Source: Escherichia phage vB_ESM-pEJ01. Taken from it: 64,000 nt of DNA. The stretch lies in the sequence record OP114734.1; one strand, given 5' to 3'. The notes beneath the pieces are model-generated. The model did not search any database, had not been told where the DNA came from, and saw only the letters and a list, made by a program, of their open reading frames with translations. Each line of letters starts with the position of its first letter. Within the stretch, counting starts at the first letter, position 1. Both the position numbers and the translations under genes were made by a program. Positions 62,585 through 64,000 of this stretch are shown here, one piece after another.

Positions 62585-63241
62585 TTAAATGTTCGCGAGA
62601 ATCGCGCTTTCAAATTCTTCTAATGTACCATTATTTATGATGATGGTTTCACCGTCAATAGGCAAAATTCCTTTTTCGGTGGAGTGAGTCGATACAATAC
62701 CAGTATCACGCTGAATATGCAACACCTTAGCACCCATAGCACGCATGAGAGCAATTTCAATAGGCTGACGCACATCAACCACTACAAAATACCCTTCTTC
62801 ATTTTTGCGCTTCATAAACTCATCCACAAAGAGATTACACCAATAAAGCGGATTGATCAAGTTAACCATTATATCAGTACCGAGAGTGGTTAACATGAGA
62901 CGAATAGACCAGACGTTATTATGTTTTTCGCCGATCTCATTAACGACCTTGTAAATCTCAGCCAGACGATCACAAGTAAAGGAACTACCGCCATACTTCG
63001 AATCTAGCATAAGCAGACACTGAATAAACCACTTATGCGCGGTATAGGTATCAATACCTAGATCGGCTTCTCTGTCACGCCCTAACCCGTCAAAGTCAAG
63101 ATAAGTCAGACCTAAGTCTGGTTGACATTCGCATAAGATTTCTTTGATCGGTGCTGCCAGTTGATAACTATGTCCATCAATGATTAACGCGGCAGTGTCT
63201 TTTCCTACTCGCTTTTTACCACAAAGTGCAATCAATTTCAT
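62585..63241 (-). CDS. 1: deoxynucleoside monophosphate kinase gp1
   Basis: MKLIALCGKKRVGKDT P-loop; YQLAAPIK, TTLGTDIMVN, VVVDVRQ resemble remembered T4 gp1. Confidence 0.88.
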   Translation of the reverse strand: MKLIALCGKKRVGKDTAALIIDGHSYQLAAPIKEILCECQPDLGLTYLDFDGLGRDREADLGIDTYTAHKWFIQCLLMLDSKYGGSSFTCDRLAEIYKVVNEIGEKHNNVWSIRLMLTTLGTDIMVNLINPLYWCNLFVDEFMKRKNEEGYFVVVDVRQPIEIALMRAMGAKVLHIQRDTGIVSTHSTEKGILPIDGETIIINNGTLEEFESAILANI

Positions 63242-63256
63242 TATATAAGCCTCTTA

Positions 63257-63847
63257 TTACTTTCTAAAAGCAGGGTGCATAGCTTTAATACCTTCCACCC
63301 GCTGACGATCCGCCGCCTGAATTGCTGGGCGAGGAACGATCAGTTGACCATCACGTTCAATGCTCATTGTTTTAAAGGGAAGAATTGCAGTACACACCAG
63401 AGATTCATGCATATCATCGGTGTATGTTAACTCAAGTTCCCCCAATTGTGAACACCAACAACCATAAAAGTTAAAAGTGCACACAATGTTACGTCGTTCG
63501 TTGTCCATCATGTGAACTTGAACGGCTTCCGGCATTGAATCCTTCCACGCAGTGGAGTTACCGTTATTGTAGTCTACTATAGAAAGCATCCATGTGTAAA
63601 GGTTTAGATAGCTTTCCAAATGCTCATCGACAATAAACCGGACTACCAACGGGTCAAACTCCACATGACTAGACGGATAATCAGCGACCGCCAAACCATA
63701 TTGACCAGCAACTTGCTTAGTCGGTGGAATGGTTATAGCAGGAAGTGTAACACCTTGAGCATTTAAAGTAAAGCCTTTTGTTAGTTGTCCATCTGGAATA
63801 TTGATCTGCCAGTTGCTAGGGTTAGCATAGTTAAAGAGATTAGACAT
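63257..63847 (-). CDS. 3: probable tail completion/sheath stabiliser protein (T4 gp3 position)
   Basis: 196-aa ORF immediately upstream of gene 1 as gene 3 in T4; sequence not verified. Confidence 0.5.
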   Translation of the reverse strand: MSNLFNYANPSNWQINIPDGQLTKGFTLNAQGVTLPAITIPPTKQVAGQYGLAVADYPSSHVEFDPLVVRFIVDEHLESYLNLYTWMLSIVDYNNGNSTAWKDSMPEAVQVHMMDNERRNIVCTFNFYGCWCSQLGELELTYTDDMHESLVCTAILPFKTMSIERDGQLIVPRPAIQAADRQRVEGIKAMHPAFRK

Positions 63848-64000
63848 TACTGATTCCTCAAATGAAAATATTTATTAACAATTGTCGCTTTGCGACGTGC
63901 CTACGGCACTGACTACTTTTTAACCGAAACAAATTTTTATTATTCTAAAGATCTTTCTTCGTTTTGGTTATGTTTTAACCAATAACTATATTTTTATACA

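Noticed and set aside
63848-64000. T4 late promoter (TATAAATA) upstream of the gene-3-position ORF
   Set aside because: Only imperfect matches (TAATAAATA about 63864-63872 on the minus strand); too degenerate to call without transcript mapping

Overview
The window is a densely packed, entirely minus-strand early/replication region of a T4-like (T-even-type) myovirus genome. Calls rest on reading the six-frame translations against remembered T4 protein sequences and motifs; no database search or identity calculation was run. In transcription order (high to low coordinate) it runs gp3, gp1 dNMP kinase, 57A-like, an Acb1-like 2H phosphoesterase, clusters of small membrane proteins, an M15 peptidase, RegB, tk, a long stretch of small hypothetical ORFs, Dam, NrdC, gp49, NrdD, NrdG, gp55, gp47, gp46, gp45, gp44, gp62, RegA, gp43, UvsX, gp41, gp61, gp56, Dda, DexA, an uninterrupted gp39+gp60 topoisomerase gene, and the start of rIIA at the window edge. 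Synteny with T4 is broken by five HNH homing endonuclease genes (one frameshifted), two clusters of a multi-member modular paralog family, and several accessory genes (Macro domain, minimal nucleotidyltransferase, GrcA-like glycyl-radical protein, P-loop NTPase, glycine-rich protein, secreted lytic transglycosylase). Intergenic regions carry a recurring sigma70-type early promoter cassette (TTGACA, an inverted repeat overlapping the -10, then a conserved leader and Shine-Dalgarno) and GC-hairpin plus U-tract terminators. No tRNA, CRISPR array or transposon was recognised. Plus-strand ORFs in the track are nested antisense within minus-strand genes and are treated as artefacts. The most promising candidates for an undescribed system are the modular paralog family and the unassigned P-loop NTPase.
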